Source: Blastocladiella emersonii ATCC 22665 (taxonomy: Eukaryota > Fungi > Blastocladiomycota). From it: a stretch of 64,000 nucleotides of DNA. The notes under the pieces are model-generated. The model was not told the DNA's origin. It worked only from the letters and a program-made list of their open reading frames with translations, and ran no database searches. Of the stretch, positions 1 to 12,796 are shown in pieces; within the stretch, counting starts at the first letter, position 1; every line of letters starts with the position of its first letter. Where the stretch lies: the NCBI GenBank assembly GCA_025594325.1, contig JANHCV010000009.1, forward strand, positions 806,001-870,000, read 5' to 3'. The position numbers and the translations under genes were made by a program.

Positions 1-1206
1 TGCGACCTGATCAACTCGCGTACGACCACTCAGCTTCAGCAGCAGGTCGACGAAAACGGCAACAACGTCCTCAAGGAGATCCTCAAGCAGCCCGGGCTCA
101 CGGTTATCGCGCCCGACAACCACACGCGCCACGCCTTCAACCTGCTCTACACGCGGCTCGCAGCAGCAAACCCGAACCGCATCGTGTTCTAGTTCAAGGG
201 CAACATCACGCGCCCGCGTGATAGGCGCCGCACGCGTGAACGTGTCGCTATCTGCGACAAGGACGTGTTCCGCCTTGGAGGAGAGCCAGAAACCACGACT
301 GAACTGCCGGCCATCCTCGAGCTCTTCGTCGGAATGGAGATGCGCGTCAAGACCAACCAGTGCGTAGCAAAGGGGTGCGCGAACGGTGCGGTTGGCGTCG
401 TGCACCACATCGACTGGAAGCCCGAGACCACGTTTACGCGAACCGCGTCCAACATGTACCGGCCATCCTGCGCTCCACTCAACGTGTGGATCGACCTGCC
501 CGACGCTCCTTGTGGCCCTCGCTTCCCGGGCATGCCGGCCGCGTGGCCTGACACGGTCATCCCGCTTGCCGTGGAGAAGAAGGACCTCCTGTACATGGCG
601 GGCGGTTCCCCGTCGCGAGAGCGGGTCGTCAGCACAACGGGGGATTCGCTCCCACTCTGTGTCAACAACACCAAGACCAACAGGAGCAAGTATCCTAATC
701 ATGCCGTCGCGCACATCGAGCAGTACCCGATGGTGCCAGCCTTCGCCATGATGGTCCACGGGGTTCAAGGCGTGACCAAGAACGCCATCGCCCTGGCAGC
801 TCCGCGTCCCGCGGGCATGGAGCGTCTCATCAGCGGCGCTTCCCTGTACGTGGCGTTATCGCGGCTTTGTCGCTCAAAGTACCTGTGGGTGCTTCAGCCG
901 ATCCCGAGAGCCGTGCTCAAGTCCATGAAGCCGGATCCACTCGCAGTGGCCGAGGACAACCGGCTCCAGATGCTCGACGAGCTGACCAAGACCGCTTTCG
1001 ATCAAGGTACAGCCATCGCGCCAGGCGACCCGCGCATCGCTAAACTCTTTGACGACGCGACTCTCTTCTCGCGCCAGCACGCGGCTGAGAAGATAGTCGC
1101 CAAGCGCGCGTCAGATGCTCTCAACGCAAGGTTTCGGCGATTGGCCAACAAACGTGCTGGAGGCGAGGACGGCTCACAGAACGCCAAGAAACAGAAAACA
1201 CAGTAG
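1..1206 (+). pseudogene. Helitron RepHel PIF1-like helicase, C-terminal part, with one in-frame stop
   Basis: Frame 1 reads TVIAPDNHTRHAFN (motif IV-like), LELFVGMEMRVKTN..GCANG, QYPMVPAFAMMVHGVQG (motif V-like) and LYVALSR (motif VI). In-frame TAG at 190-192. Confidence 0.8.
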
Positions 1207-1386
1207 AGTATTAACCTAGTGTATTCTATCATCTAATCCATCAATAGCACGATTTCCATAGCTCGATCACCTAAATCTCCTGTGCGGGACGCACGCGACA
1301 GCACCTCCACCACTCGTGCACCATACGTGGCGGGGGCTTAAGCCCTCGATTGAAAACCAAACGCGAAGCGTTTAGGTGCCTCAAGT
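1..1386 (+). mobile_element. 3' end of a Helitron (Helitron2/Helentron-like) element, truncated by the window start
   Basis: PIF1-type helicase C-terminus (next feature), then palindrome GGGCTTAAGCCC (1334-1345), hairpin AAACGC-GAA-GCGTTT (1359-1373) and 13 nt ending CAAGT (1386). The element ends at 54137 and 56973 have the same layout. Confidence 0.7.
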
Positions 1387-1554
1387 ATAATTAATACATC
1401 ATGCTTGCCCAGCCCGTTCGGAGCGGACGCGTCGTTCACGAGCACGAGGGCCACGTGGTGGAGGTCGAAGGAGCGTGGGACTCATCTTCCTCGCCGCTCC
1501 GCCCCGTTCGCCGCTCCCCGTTGAGCACTCCACTCCCATGTAACTGCCACCCCC

Positions 1555-3827
1555 ATGAATCGACACTCTATGCATTCTTCCGGACTCGCGGGCCTAGGCG
1601 CGCTGCCGACCGAGCTCGTTGGTTTGGTCGTTCAGCTCGCCCGCCCCAGGCTCGCGCTCTGCCTTGCGACTCGCGAGCTTTACGGATCAGCGCGCAACTC
1701 GCTGGTCAAGCGGCTTTGGCTTGATTACTTGCTTGAAGTTGGACCGTCCGAGGACGACCGGCTAACTTACGCCCAGGACGAGGCGCTACTCGTCACCGAC
1801 ATTGGTGCACTGCTGGAATCCGGAGCTGGAAATGCTGTCAATCGAATTGCACCGGGCGATCTCGACTTTGACCGTGTCACCTCGTTGTACACGATCCTCG
1901 CGGAGCGACTTGTACGCCTGGCTCGACCCGTCATCGAGTCCGAGTTTTTTCAGGAAGACGTCTTCTCCGAGGACTTGCGGGACTTGTACGTGGGCCGTGG
2001 CGAGGACGAAGTACTTTCGAGCAACGAACATCCGGTGCTTGCTCTGCTTCAACTCCTGGTCATCGTGGGATACCAGCTCGACGGCGAGTCGCTCAGCAAC
2101 TTGTTCCGCCACGTTTCGAGTCGGCTTCCCGCCGTCACGAACCTCATTTTGCCGTTCCGGGCTTATGCCTATCTCTCGCACTATTCTGCGGTCGTGTTCT
2201 GGCACGCCAACTTTGATCGCGAGCGCCAAATCGATCTCGCTGACTACCTCAGCTTTACTGCAATCATTTCGGGCAGCCCATCGTCCTTTCGCGCTATGCG
2301 GGCGTCAATCACGGACGACGGACCGTGGCTGGCCGACCTCATGAGCGAGTCGTCCTTTGCTATTTCCTTCCTCACCGCAACCAACAGCCCTGAGTGGAAG
2401 GCCTCGACTGACGACACGGCGCTGCTACTTGACTGCCTCATGCAAACAGGCTGGAAGGACTCGGATCTCTTGTTCAACGGAAAGCACCTCGTTGTGCATC
2501 TCTGCTTCAAGCCGCAGCTGCTCCAAAAGCTTTCGGCGCAAAGTCGCGAGCGCGCATTCGGCTCGGTTCGCGAAGCCGACCGCGCGTCAATCTTTTCGGA
2601 CCTCAATTCGGAGCGTGTACCGCGATCTGTCGACAACATTGCTGTCCTCGACGAGCTCAAGCTGCTCAACGTTGCAGCGTGGGGCCACATCATCTGCTGG
2701 GGTTTGCTCGACAGGAACGGTGACTTGCACGACTCGCCGTTGCTTTTTGTGGCGGCCGAACGCTTGGGGGACCGCTTCATCCCGGCCGTAGTCCAAGGTA
2801 CGTGACCTAAATCTCCTATCAGCTGCGCGAACTGACCCGCCCGGAACACCTAGCGTTTTCGGACTGTGCTCCTTCGCCAGACGGCTCGTTGCCTTTTCCC
2901 GAGCTTGCGCCTCAATCTATTATTGCATTTGCCTGTCACCTCATGGGTGAGGAGGCTGAGCTTCCGATCAAGCAATTTGCAATGTCTCTTGCCAACGTGG
3001 CTCGATGCGCTGTAAGTGGCCCACAGTGCGACGCGTCGAAACGATTTCTTGGCGCAGTTTTCTCCAGCACTAACATTTTGAGCCCACATGTCCTGCTCGG
3101 TCTTGCGGCCGCCTTTGTGACGCTGTACGACAGTGTCGCCTGCTCGGCACTCGCGTGGGTTCCAGTGGCCGTGTTCCGGCGGCCCGAATTACGTAAGCTT
3201 GCCCTCGAGTACTTCCGCGAGTCCGAAACCGTTTCGCTGTTCCTCGGCGCGATGATCCACGCACAGCTTACTTGCAGCGCTGGAAAGCACATCCTGCTAC
3301 GAAGCTTGGTCCTCGAGACGTGCGGCGAGTGCGAATTGTCAAAGCAGCGTGCCTGGGCCGATTCCGTCGCTGATCTCATTGTACTTGGGTTAAAGAACGT
3401 CATCCGCGATCTTCCGCAGTCGGCGGTGAACAAGCTGGTCAAGTTTTTGAACACGACCAAGGACCTGACGCATTTCGCGCCGTCCACTGATTGTTTCTCG
3501 CTGTGCCAGCCCGTTGAATATCCCCACCGCGAGCTACTCCAGATGCTCATTGACGCCGACTTGGACGGCCTCATTGACAGGCTGACGTTCCGTGCCGCGT
3601 CGGTCTCGCTTCCAATCGCGTTTTGGCGAGCCGTCCCTGGCGGTGCGCTTGATGGAGTGAAGGACGCCAAGTGGATCGCACGGTCGGTGCTGGGCGCTGA
3701 CCGCAACGGAATCGTCACAGCCATCGGGCCGCGCGAGACCATTCGTGAGCTTCAGCGTGTCGCCCCCGAGACCATGGCGTCCGACGAGTACAAGGATGCC
3801 GTTCTCGCGCTCATCCATGGTAGCTGA
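1555..3827 (+). CDS. F-box-like family protein, copy 1 (738 aa, intact; intron 2798-2853)
   Basis: N-terminal LGALPTELVGLVVQLARPRLALCLATRELY; C-terminal FWRAVPGGALDGVKDAKWIAR..TMASDEY. Intron GTACGT..ACTGAC..CTAG joins ORFs 1555-2805 and 2889-3827 in frame. Confidence 0.75.
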
Positions 3828-3932
3828 AGTCGCTCCTTTGACTTTGATTCTCCATGTCAATGAAGTCGCTCCTTTGACTTTGATTCTCCATGTCAATGAA
3901 GTCGCTCCTTTGACTTTGATTCTCCATGTCAA
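3825..3932. repeat. 3 exact tandem copies of a 36-bp unit starting at the stop codon of copy 1
   Basis: TGAAGTCGCTCCTTTGACTTTGATTCTCCATGTCAA x3, no spacers. Confidence 0.95.
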
Positions 3933-4363
3933 TGTAAGCCTCAGGGTAAGTGTCAATTTGATTTGAACTCTACACCGCTTTCTGTTTCTGAGGTTTGAAA
4001 ACGATTAATGCCTTGACAAGGCGCGTCGTTCAAGCGCACGTGCAGCTCTTGTCCAGCCCCAGCAAGCCTGCCGAAAGCTTCAGCTTGTGCGTTGTCGGAA
4101 CTGCTCATTCACGCCATGCGGACAGTGGACAACGATTGAGTTGAGGTGCCCCTCGACCGGCAAAAGCTCGTTTTGGGCGAGATTAAAATCGAGGCTACTA
4201 GCTGCCACATTGGTAACGCACCAGCGTGAGCGAGGTGCGAGTGGAGGGGAGAGTCGCGAGCGTCTCCGTGTGATCAGATCAGTGTGGCGCATCGCGTCCC
4301 ATCAGTCGGTTTTCCTCCACTCGCTGACCGCACTCAACGTAACTGAACGAAACCAGGCTCGCC

Positions 4364-6185
4364 TTAAACAAGGCCCGCCAATAAAATCATAATCATAATC
4401 GCAATCGTCAAATTAAATAAATCGCGTGGCCTCCAAGAAACGTTGGGACCCTCGTAATTGACCCGGACCACCCGCGCCCGCCCCGCCGCGCGGATCGCCT
4501 CCGCGCCTTGCTGCGTCATAAACGAAAAGCTCAAGTCTAGATCATGCAGCTTATCCTGTAACTGCTCTACGATGAGCACCGCGGTCGCATTCGAAATTCG
4601 GTTGTACTGTAAACTGAGCTGCCACAGCGATGCTGGAAACGTGGGCACAAGTTCGCGCATCATGTCGTCGTCGATGCGTGCATTGTCGAGCCGTAGCACC
4701 CTGAGCTGGCGCAGCAGGTTTGCGGCTACAACTCGCACGTCACTCGGTGCAAAAATGGCGTGCAGAAGGACGAGGGTGCGCAGAGAACGCGGAAGATGCT
4801 GCGCCAGGTCACTCAACGGGAACCCGCCGGCTTGTTCGCCGCGAAGCGTTAGGGACTCAAGTGTACTCGGGACCGCGTGGATCAGGGCAGTGCATGCGTC
4901 TGCATCAAGGTGAGGGACTTGGAGAGTCAAGGACTTGAGAGTCGGCGGAAGCTTGGAGACTAGGAGCTGAGCTTCTCCGCGAGCAACGGGAACATGCTCC
5001 AACGAGCGTCGCAGCTGCAGGAAATCTGGCGTGACTGTGCAGCGCTCCAGGTCATGGCAGTTAGTGCTCAGGCGAAGCAATGCGGGCGGGAGCGCGAAAG
5101 TAAAAGGCGAGTAGTCTGGATCTGTGCCGATCTGACTGTGCGTCAAAGTCAGCTGCTCGATCGAAGGGGGAAGATTTTGGCAAAGCAGGCTCAACCCGAT
5201 GCCCGACACTACGTTGCTGCCGATCGTGAGGCAGACGAGCCGTTGCGGAATTAACGGGGCCAGCAAGGCTAGTTCGGCATCATACAGACCAGCGACATCA
5301 CAATCGAGCGAGACGAGACTAGGCGGCAGCCGGCGAAAGAGCTCAACGGCGACTGCAATGGACATGTAGCTCGAAAGCAGCGTGAGATGCGTGAGATTTG
5401 GCGGTCACACAAAGCCGTCGAGCCGGTTACCAACATTGGGCGTATGCCAGAATTATGCGTTCGTGAGCTCGAAGCTTGTCATTGTGGCTGGGAATCGCAG
5501 TGCGCCAAAGCGAGCAAGATCGATAGTGCAGGATTGCAAGGTGAGCGAGACCAGGTTTGGGACAGGACTATCCATGGCCTTGTTCAACGCCTGGATTCCA
5601 GCAAGGCTGAGCGGTTCACGTTTGAACGTCCCTTCGGTCACCATGCCGCATTCGATCCCTGCTGCGGCGGCATGGATCCCCGTGTCCGTCGTCCGTGGTG
5701 CAAACTAACGCGTGCGGATTAGTGAGATCACGGTGAACTGCTTCAAAACCAACAACGACTCGTACCGCTTTGATGCCAGTGGCCCCAAAATGCCGCGCGT
5801 CCGCTCGAAATCCGAGCGCCGCGGCCACGGAGTCGCCCATGCCGGTCGGAATCATGTCAGCCGTCAGCACGCTTAAGTCCCGCCAACTTTCAAACAAAGG
5901 GAGTTGGTACGGCAGGATAGTGGCGTAACGGGCACCACGCGTGAACCCGGGCGGACAGCGCAGGGCGACGAGGATGTCAAGAAACTGAAGCTCAAAGTTG
6001 CCATACGCCCCTCGCACCATTCATGAGAAGCGGTGCTAGCGCGCGACGCAGCACGGCGCGATGGACGCGGAAAGGCTTCGCACGGGCAGGACGCGCGAGT
6101 GCTGCACGAGGCCGTCGATGTCGTAGTGGTCATGGTCGCGAACGGCGCGGACGAGGATGTCTTCAATGATGCTGTGGACTTTCAT
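4364..6185 (-). pseudogene. Leucine-rich-repeat (RNI-like, LPxxL-type) protein pseudogene with a divergent F-box-like N-terminus
   Basis: Repeats LPPSLVSL, LPPSIEQL, LPPTLKSL, LPRSLRTL, FPASLWQLSLQYNRI. In-frame stops at about 5453 (TAA) and 5405 (TGA) upstream of ORF 4364-5365, with further stops near 6021-6036 and a frameshift. N-terminus IIEDILVRAVRDHDHYDIDGLVQHSRV is homologous to the 63540 copy. Confidence 0.7.
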
Positions 6186-6431
6186 TTGGATAGCATTCAA
6201 GCCTAGCTGTAGCTGTTGGAAGGGCGAGGGGAACCAGCGACCTGGTGGTGGTGGTCTGAGCTTCGAGTGCATGCAAGACCTTCATGACCCTTGTACTTTT
6301 GCACTTGAGCTGTCCAGCTCGCGAATGCGCATCCACTCTGCCATCAAATAGCCTGAATGAATTGTCGACATCCAGTTCATGAGCGAGAATAGTTGCAAGT
6401 ATATATGCGTCACACGCGGCTCCCTTACCCA

Positions 6432-8459
6432 TTACACGACGAACCACTGGGTCTTGACCAGCTCCACGAGCTCCGCGAGGACCGCCTCGCCAGCGGCCTT
6501 GAGCGCGGCAATCTTCTGCGGCGCGGGCACCGCGTCGTCGCCGGCCCACGCCGTAGGCTGGGCGCTGTACCACTTGACCTTGGGCTCGGTGCCGGACGTG
6601 CGCAGCGTGAGGGTGCAGTCGAACAGCTTGACGTTCGCGTCGGCGGCCTTGGCCTTGAGGTGGTCGGGCGGCGTGAAGGTGAAGGTGATCATGTGCGAGC
6701 CGCGCGACGTGGGGAGGAGCGGGCGGTGGTCGGCCGTGGTCGAGTCCCAGCCGGCCGTCACGTCGCGGACGGCGGCGACGGCAAAGTCGCCGATGCGAGT
6801 CGGGTACGCGGGCGCGGGCTCGGCGCCGGCCAGGACGCGCGACCAGTCCTCGTTGGCGGCGAGCGCGGCCGCGGGGCGGATCTTGGCGAACATGGCGTCG
6901 ACGCGGGTCTTGTCGTGCTCGATGATGTACGCGTCGTTGGCGGCGAAGTAGCCGTACTTGACGTACAGGTGCTCGAGCCACTGGTACAGAGTGCCCGGGT
7001 GGGTCGCGTCCTCGGCGTGCGCGGCGGCGAGCCAGTGCGCGAGCTCGGCGAGGCAGACACCGGCCGAGACGCCGTCCTTGTCCTTGACGAGGGTGCCGCA
7101 CATGAACCCGATGGCCTGCTCGTAGGCGAACATGATGTGGTCGGCGCGGCCATCGGCGACCATGGCCATGGCGCGGTTGCCGAGCCACTTGAAGCCCGTC
7201 AGCGTCTCCTCGAAGGCGAGGCCCTCGATCTCGGCAAACTGCTTGATGAGCATCGACGAGACCGTGGTGGTCAGGCACGCGAGCTTGGCGCCCGGGTGCT
7301 TGGCGCGGAACCCGTGCAGCAGGAACGCCGCGAGCATGATGCCGATCTCGTTGCCCGAGAACACGTACCACCCCTGGTTCTCGGTGGCGGAAGCGAGGCG
7401 CTCGGCGACGGCGAGACGGTCGGCGTCCGGGTCGTTGGCGAGAATCACCGAGCAGTTGTGCGCGTCGGCGGCGGCCATGGCGAGGGCGAGCGCGCCCTTG
7501 CCCTCCTCGGGGTTCGGGAACTCGACGGTCGGGAAGGCCGGGTCCGGGTGGACCTGCTCGGGGGTGACGAAGAAGGGCGGGAGGCCGGCGTGGTCAAACG
7601 CGCGGCGGATGAAGGGCAGGCCGACGCCGTGCATGGCCGTGTAGCAGATGCGCACGAGCGTGGGCGAGTCCTCGGGGCGGCGCGTCACGGTCAGGGCGAG
7701 GTCGCGCACCTCGTCCATGTACGCGGCGACCATGCGCGCGGTCGGGTCCTCGACGAGCGGGCTGCCCTCGGCGAGCATACGGTCGACGAGCGACTCGTCC
7801 CAGACCCACGGGTCGAGGTTGTCGAGGATGGCGGCGGCGATGCCGGCGTCGACGGGCGGGATGATCTGGCTGCCGTTGGCCCAGTACAGCTTGTAGCCGT
7901 TGTCGGTCTTGGGGTTGTGCGAGGCGGTGATCATGATGCCGCAGCTGGCGCCGAGGTGGGTGATGCCGAAGGGGACCATGGGGGTGTGGACCAGGTTCGG
8001 GTAGAAGTAGACCTTGATGCCCTTGTGCAGGAACACGGCGGCGGTCAGGCGCGCGAAGCGGGCCGACGACAGGCTGCCGAAGGCGCGGTGGTCGTGGCCG
8101 AGCACGACGCTGCACTTGGTCGCGTCGCCGCCGTGCTGCGCGAGCAGGTACGCGACGAGGCCCTGCGTCGCCTGGATCACGGTCAGGTCGTTCATGCGCG
8201 AGAAGCCCGCCTCCATGCGCGCGCGAAGACCCGCCGTCCCGAACTCGATGCGCGACCCGAGCCGCGCCGTCAGCTCGGCCACGTCGTCCTTGGCGACGAG
8301 CGCCTCGATCTCCTTGCGCGTCGCCGGGTTCTAGAGGCACGGGAGGCGAGGGTGTGGCGTCAGCGACTTGGGCTCGTCGAGTGAGGGGCCTTGCAAGCGA
8401 GCACGGACGCGATCGAGGAGTAGCCACTCCTTGGCGAGAGCGTGGACGTCAGCAGTCAT
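6432..8459 (-). CDS. PGM2: Phosphoglucomutase-2/phosphopentomutase (alpha-D-phosphohexomutase); intron 8331-8408
   Basis: FGTAGLR, catalytic TASHNP, metal-binding DPDADR, TLTGFKW, LRTSGTEPKVK. Exon 1 MTADVHALAKEWLLLDR splices (GTCCGT..GCTGAC..CTAG) in frame to NPATRKEI. Confidence 0.93.
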
Positions 8460-8685
8460 GTTGATCCGTTTAGAGCAAAAGCTTTTGCAAGGGGAGCGGG
8501 AGAGAGGGATGGGCGCGGGGGTTAAGGCTCGAGCTTTATACCGGCGGGCGCCGACGCAAAAACGCAACACCGTGGCGCGGCGCCCAGCCACCCGTCACGT
8601 GGCGCAGAACCTTCCGCGACGCGCGACGCGTTTCCCGTCATCGTGACGCGTTTTTACGCTCTTCCCACTCAACCCGCCGACTGAA

Positions 8686-11095
8686 ATGCAACGCATAGAA
8701 AATCCAATGCAGCGCCACGACTCGGCGCATTCCATCAGCAACGGCAGCGCGTGCGCGCCGCCGTCCCTGGCCGACCTGCCGTTCGAAGTTCTCGGACCGC
8801 TCGTCAAGCTCGCACAACCGCGCCAGATTCTTTGTACGGCTTCGCGCGAAATCTACGAAATCACGCTCGATACGCACGTCAAGCGCGTCTGGGCGCACAC
8901 GCAACTGTGGTCCGCTGTCTGCCGCTTGAGCCAGCCCTACACGGGACCGTGCTCAATAGTGCCCAGCATCGCTTTCCTCTGCGGCATTCATGGACTCGAT
9001 GGCATCAAACAGCACCGTGGCCTTCTCTACCCGCTCTTCTCGGCTCACCTGCTCGACCGCGTGCAGCACGACCTGCGCGCCTGCGCTCAGGATCCCGGCG
9101 AACTGGCGCTTCGCGCGCGCTTCTTTTACCGGGAACAAGAGTCTGATGACGATTCTTGCGGACATAACTTCATACTCATCGCTGGTTGCCTGCGCTCGCC
9201 CATCTACTCGCAGATCCACCTCCTCGTCACCGCTTTCTTCGACATCGACTGCTCAAACGTGGCCGAGCTCATTCTCGAGGAAACCCACCGCCGTGCCCCG
9301 GCACTCCTGTCGATCGAGTCCGACGACTGGCTCTTCCGCCACCCGCCGCTCGACGGTTGGCCTGTGGAGGATCGCATCCGTTTTCCCAAGCCTATCTCGC
9401 TCTTCGACTACCTCGGCTTCATTTCGCTGTTCAAGTGGAACATGGCTGGCATCCGCATCCTCCTCAAGAGCCAGTACCGGTCTTACCTTTCTCCGTCGGC
9501 ACTCAAACCGGATCACGCTCGGTTCACGCTTCCGGCCATGGACGAGGCGGCGCTTGATGTGCACGACTACGTAACGGATCGCCTCGTGACATCTGCTCGT
9601 GGCGTGAGCCGCGATCGTTTGTCTTGCGGCTTCACCTGGCTCGTTGCCTGCGCTGCGACTCCCGTCTTGGACTTGATCGACCTGAGCAAGCTCTTGTCCG
9701 CTACATTTTCCCTGCCGTTGCAGATCGAGTTCCTGTTGCACTATCCCGATGAGATCCTCGGCCGTACCGGACCCAGTGCCCGCGCCCTGCTCATTTTCCT
9801 TCACTTCTACGACCCGAAGGAGCCGAAGCCGAACACTATCGGATTGGTTGAGGGCCGCGGGCCGCTCCTTACGGGTTACTGGGTGAAGGCGATTCGCTTT
9901 GCGCTCAAGTCCAAGTGCGATTTAAACGTGATGGTGCAGTCGCGAGACTTTGCGCGTCTCGCACCTCCCCTGCGCGATCTTCTTGTTGCATGTACGCCTC
10001 AATCTGTGGACTCGAACCATGTTGTTCTGAAGCTAACCCATCGTTCCCTCTCCGATCCTAGGCTTCCAGCGCTTCGTCGAGTGCCCATACAACAGCTTCG
10101 AGCACGCACGCGACATCTTCCTCTACGCGATCAAGCGCTTCCCGGACCTCGTGGATCGTCTCGCCGAGGCCATCTCACTCGATCAACTCACCACCGGCGT
10201 GGAATGGAAACCAACGGCGTGCGCACTCTCGCCCATCTTCGACAAGAACCGCGCCGCCGTCTCCATCTGGAGCGCGTGGGACATGTTCTGCTTCGGCACC
10301 GCTCTTCAGCGCCGGCTCGGCCCCGCGACGCCGACCGAGCACTTTATCGTCCCCTCGTGGCTCCTCGTCGTCGTACTGCGCCACCCGGCCACGCGTGACG
10401 CCGCGCTCGCGCTGATCCGCACTTCGAGCACCGCGGCCATGTACCTGTCCGCCATGGTCACGGCGCAGTGCAAGCTCGGCTGCGGTCCGGGCCGCGTCAC
10501 GGCCCCGCCGGGCACCACCGGCATCTGCAGCGCGTGGCATCTCAACTCGCAGCCCGTATGGTTCTCGATTATGTGCGAACTCCTCTCGTTGCTCATCGAA
10601 AACAGCGGCGGCACGTCGCCCGTCCACAAGCTGCACCCGACTGCGCGCACCGCGCTCGCGAACTTCATGACCTGGGTCTTCCGTCCGGTCCCCGCGTGGC
10701 TCACTGGCGACGTCGGTGGCCCCATCCAGTGCACCGCGGCGCACCCGCGGATCGAGTTTCCGACCCGCGAGCTCGTCCGGCTGCTCGCCGGCGTGGATGC
10801 GGCCGGGGTCCTCGAGGTGGTCCCCGCCGACGCCGTCGCGGCTATCCAGGACGGGTTCTGGTACGAGGTGCCGGACGGTGCGCTTGACGGGGTCCGCGAC
10901 GCGGCGTGGTTCGCTCGCGTGGCCGCGCCGATGATCGTCAAGGGCGCGGAGGAGGAGCTTGCGCAGTTGACGCGCGTTGCGCCGCTCACGACCGCCACGT
11001 CCGAGTACGCCGAAGAGGCGACACGGCTCGCGTTCGAGATGCGCAGGAAGGGGACTGGGTACTGGGGGTGTGGGACCGGCCGGTACAAGTGTTGA
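8686..11095 (+). CDS. F-box-like family protein, copy 2 (779 aa, intact; intron 9992-10061)
   Basis: SLADLPFEVLGPLVKLAQPRQILCTASREIY; C-terminal FWYEVPDGALDGVRDAAWFAR..TTATSEYA. Phase-1 intron GTACGC..GCTAAC..CTAG restores a single frame. Confidence 0.78.
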
Positions 11096-11350
11096 GGAAG
11101 GGGTAGAGGGGACTATTGCACACTCGTATACAAGTCGTTCACTTTGCACGCGCGTTCTCGTCCGAGGGGCTCAAGGGCGGAAGCGTGATAACAATGTCTC
11201 ACGGTCACATGATATCCAAACGCGTCCCTCGAGACGCATGGTTTTGCCGGAGATGCTTGAGTAGCGCAGCGATACATGCACGACTGACGAATTACCGGTA
11301 CGAAGCAAAAACTAAACTATTAACTATTAAACTAACATAATCGCCCGAGA

Positions 11351-12796
11351 TCAAACAAAGCGGGTCATCCAAACGAAGATCCTGGCCACCGCGTCATTGT
11401 ACTCGCGCGACGCGACGGTCTTGGGAGCGGCACGCTGGATCTCAAGCGCTGTATCGGGCCCGTTGTAAAGGCTTTTCGTTGCCGCCACGTCGATAGCGCG
11501 GGCCACCCACTGCGCGTTCTTGACGCCATCGAGCGCACCGGTAGGCACGGCCCGCCAGAAAGAAAGGGGAAGTGAAGACCCCCTCCAGGTGTTTCAGCCA
11601 GCAGTTGCGTCTCCCAGAGCGTCCAGAAGCGCAGAGAAGTCGGTTTGAATGAGAAGCTGGATCAGCTCGAGGTGAGGGTAGCGTAGCTTTCGGCACGGCG
11701 CACTGTCGTGATTGGATTGAGGCGGCGAAAAGTCCGAGAGCTGGCCGAGCCTGCAAGTCCGTTCAATGAAATGTCGCCCAGCGTCGACTGAAAGCTTGCG
11801 CAGGGCCTACGGGTCGAGGGCGAGCAGCTCACGAACAGTTTCAAATCAAACCTGCTGATCGGAAAGCTGGCATTTCCTGCAGATGGAATTTTCGTGAGAG
11901 GAAGGTGATATCTCGTGGCAACCAGCAAGGCGGGCCGCTTGAGCGTAAACCATCGTACCAAGGAATAGGTACACCGTGCCTTGGCTTTTCATCAGCGCAA
12001 GCGCACTGCTCGTTGAAGCCGTACGACGAGAGCTCGCGCAAAACGCCGATGATCGGCACGTTCCACGAAAAGACCGGAGTCAGGGCCAAAAAGTTGAGGA
12101 GACCAAGCGGGCGGACGTTCGCGTCGCCCTCCGTAGACCATGTGCTTGCGAATTCGGCAATTGCTTCGTAAGAAAAAATTTGAGAGGTTTGCCCAGTTGC
12201 TAACTGGGAGGCGAATGCGGAAGAGATCGGGAGCTGTCTGTGCGGCACTATTGAGAAGTCGGAGCGCGGACGGCGCACCAAGTCGGACGACGGCAAGGAC
12301 GAAAAGCTGGAAGAGGGACGCGATGGGAGCATCCTTGCAGCGGTGGTGGTGAACGCTGGCAATCGATTCTTTGAGCTGCTCGGACAGGGCTTCGATTGTC
12401 GAGTCAGAAGCGCGCAGAGCGAGCGAGGCCATCGGGAGAAGGTGGTTGCAGAATGCAGAGAAGAGCGACACGAGATGTTGATAGTTGGGATCGCCTGGCG
12501 CAACTCGACCCGAATCAAAGCCATATTCGAGGATAGCGCCGCTGTCGGACGTGAACCAGTCGGACTGCAAGTAAAATTTCAAGTAATTTGCAGGTACACC
12601 GTTGATAGTTTGAAGAAGCCACACACGCTTCACGGGGCTCACCCGCACGATGGCGTGAAGCTAGCTCGCGCGAAGCGGCGCAGACGGCAGGCCGGGACCG
12701 GGCAAGCTGCAGCACCTGGAGCATCAGCTCGCCAGGCAATTTGGAGAGGCTAGCAAGACGTTTGAGTTGCACCAAGTTATTTTCATTTGCTTTTAT
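11351..12796 (-). pseudogene. F-box-like family, copy 3 (ATG changed to ATA, frameshifts, internal deletion)
   Basis: IKANENNLVQLKRLASLSKLPGELMLQVLQLARSRPAVCAASREL, FTSDSGAILEYGF..VAPGDPNY and FWRAVPTGALDGVKNAQWVAR are spread over at least 3 frames; about 1.45 kb versus about 2.3 kb for intact copies. Confidence 0.8.

Noticed and set aside
1216-1219. Canonical Helitron1 CTAG 3' end right after the helicase stop
   Set aside because: No hairpin precedes it; the 1334-1386 structure matches the other element ends much better.
3825-3932. CRISPR array (36-bp repeat)
   Set aside because: The repeats are directly adjacent with no spacers, no cas genes are present, and the context is eukaryotic.
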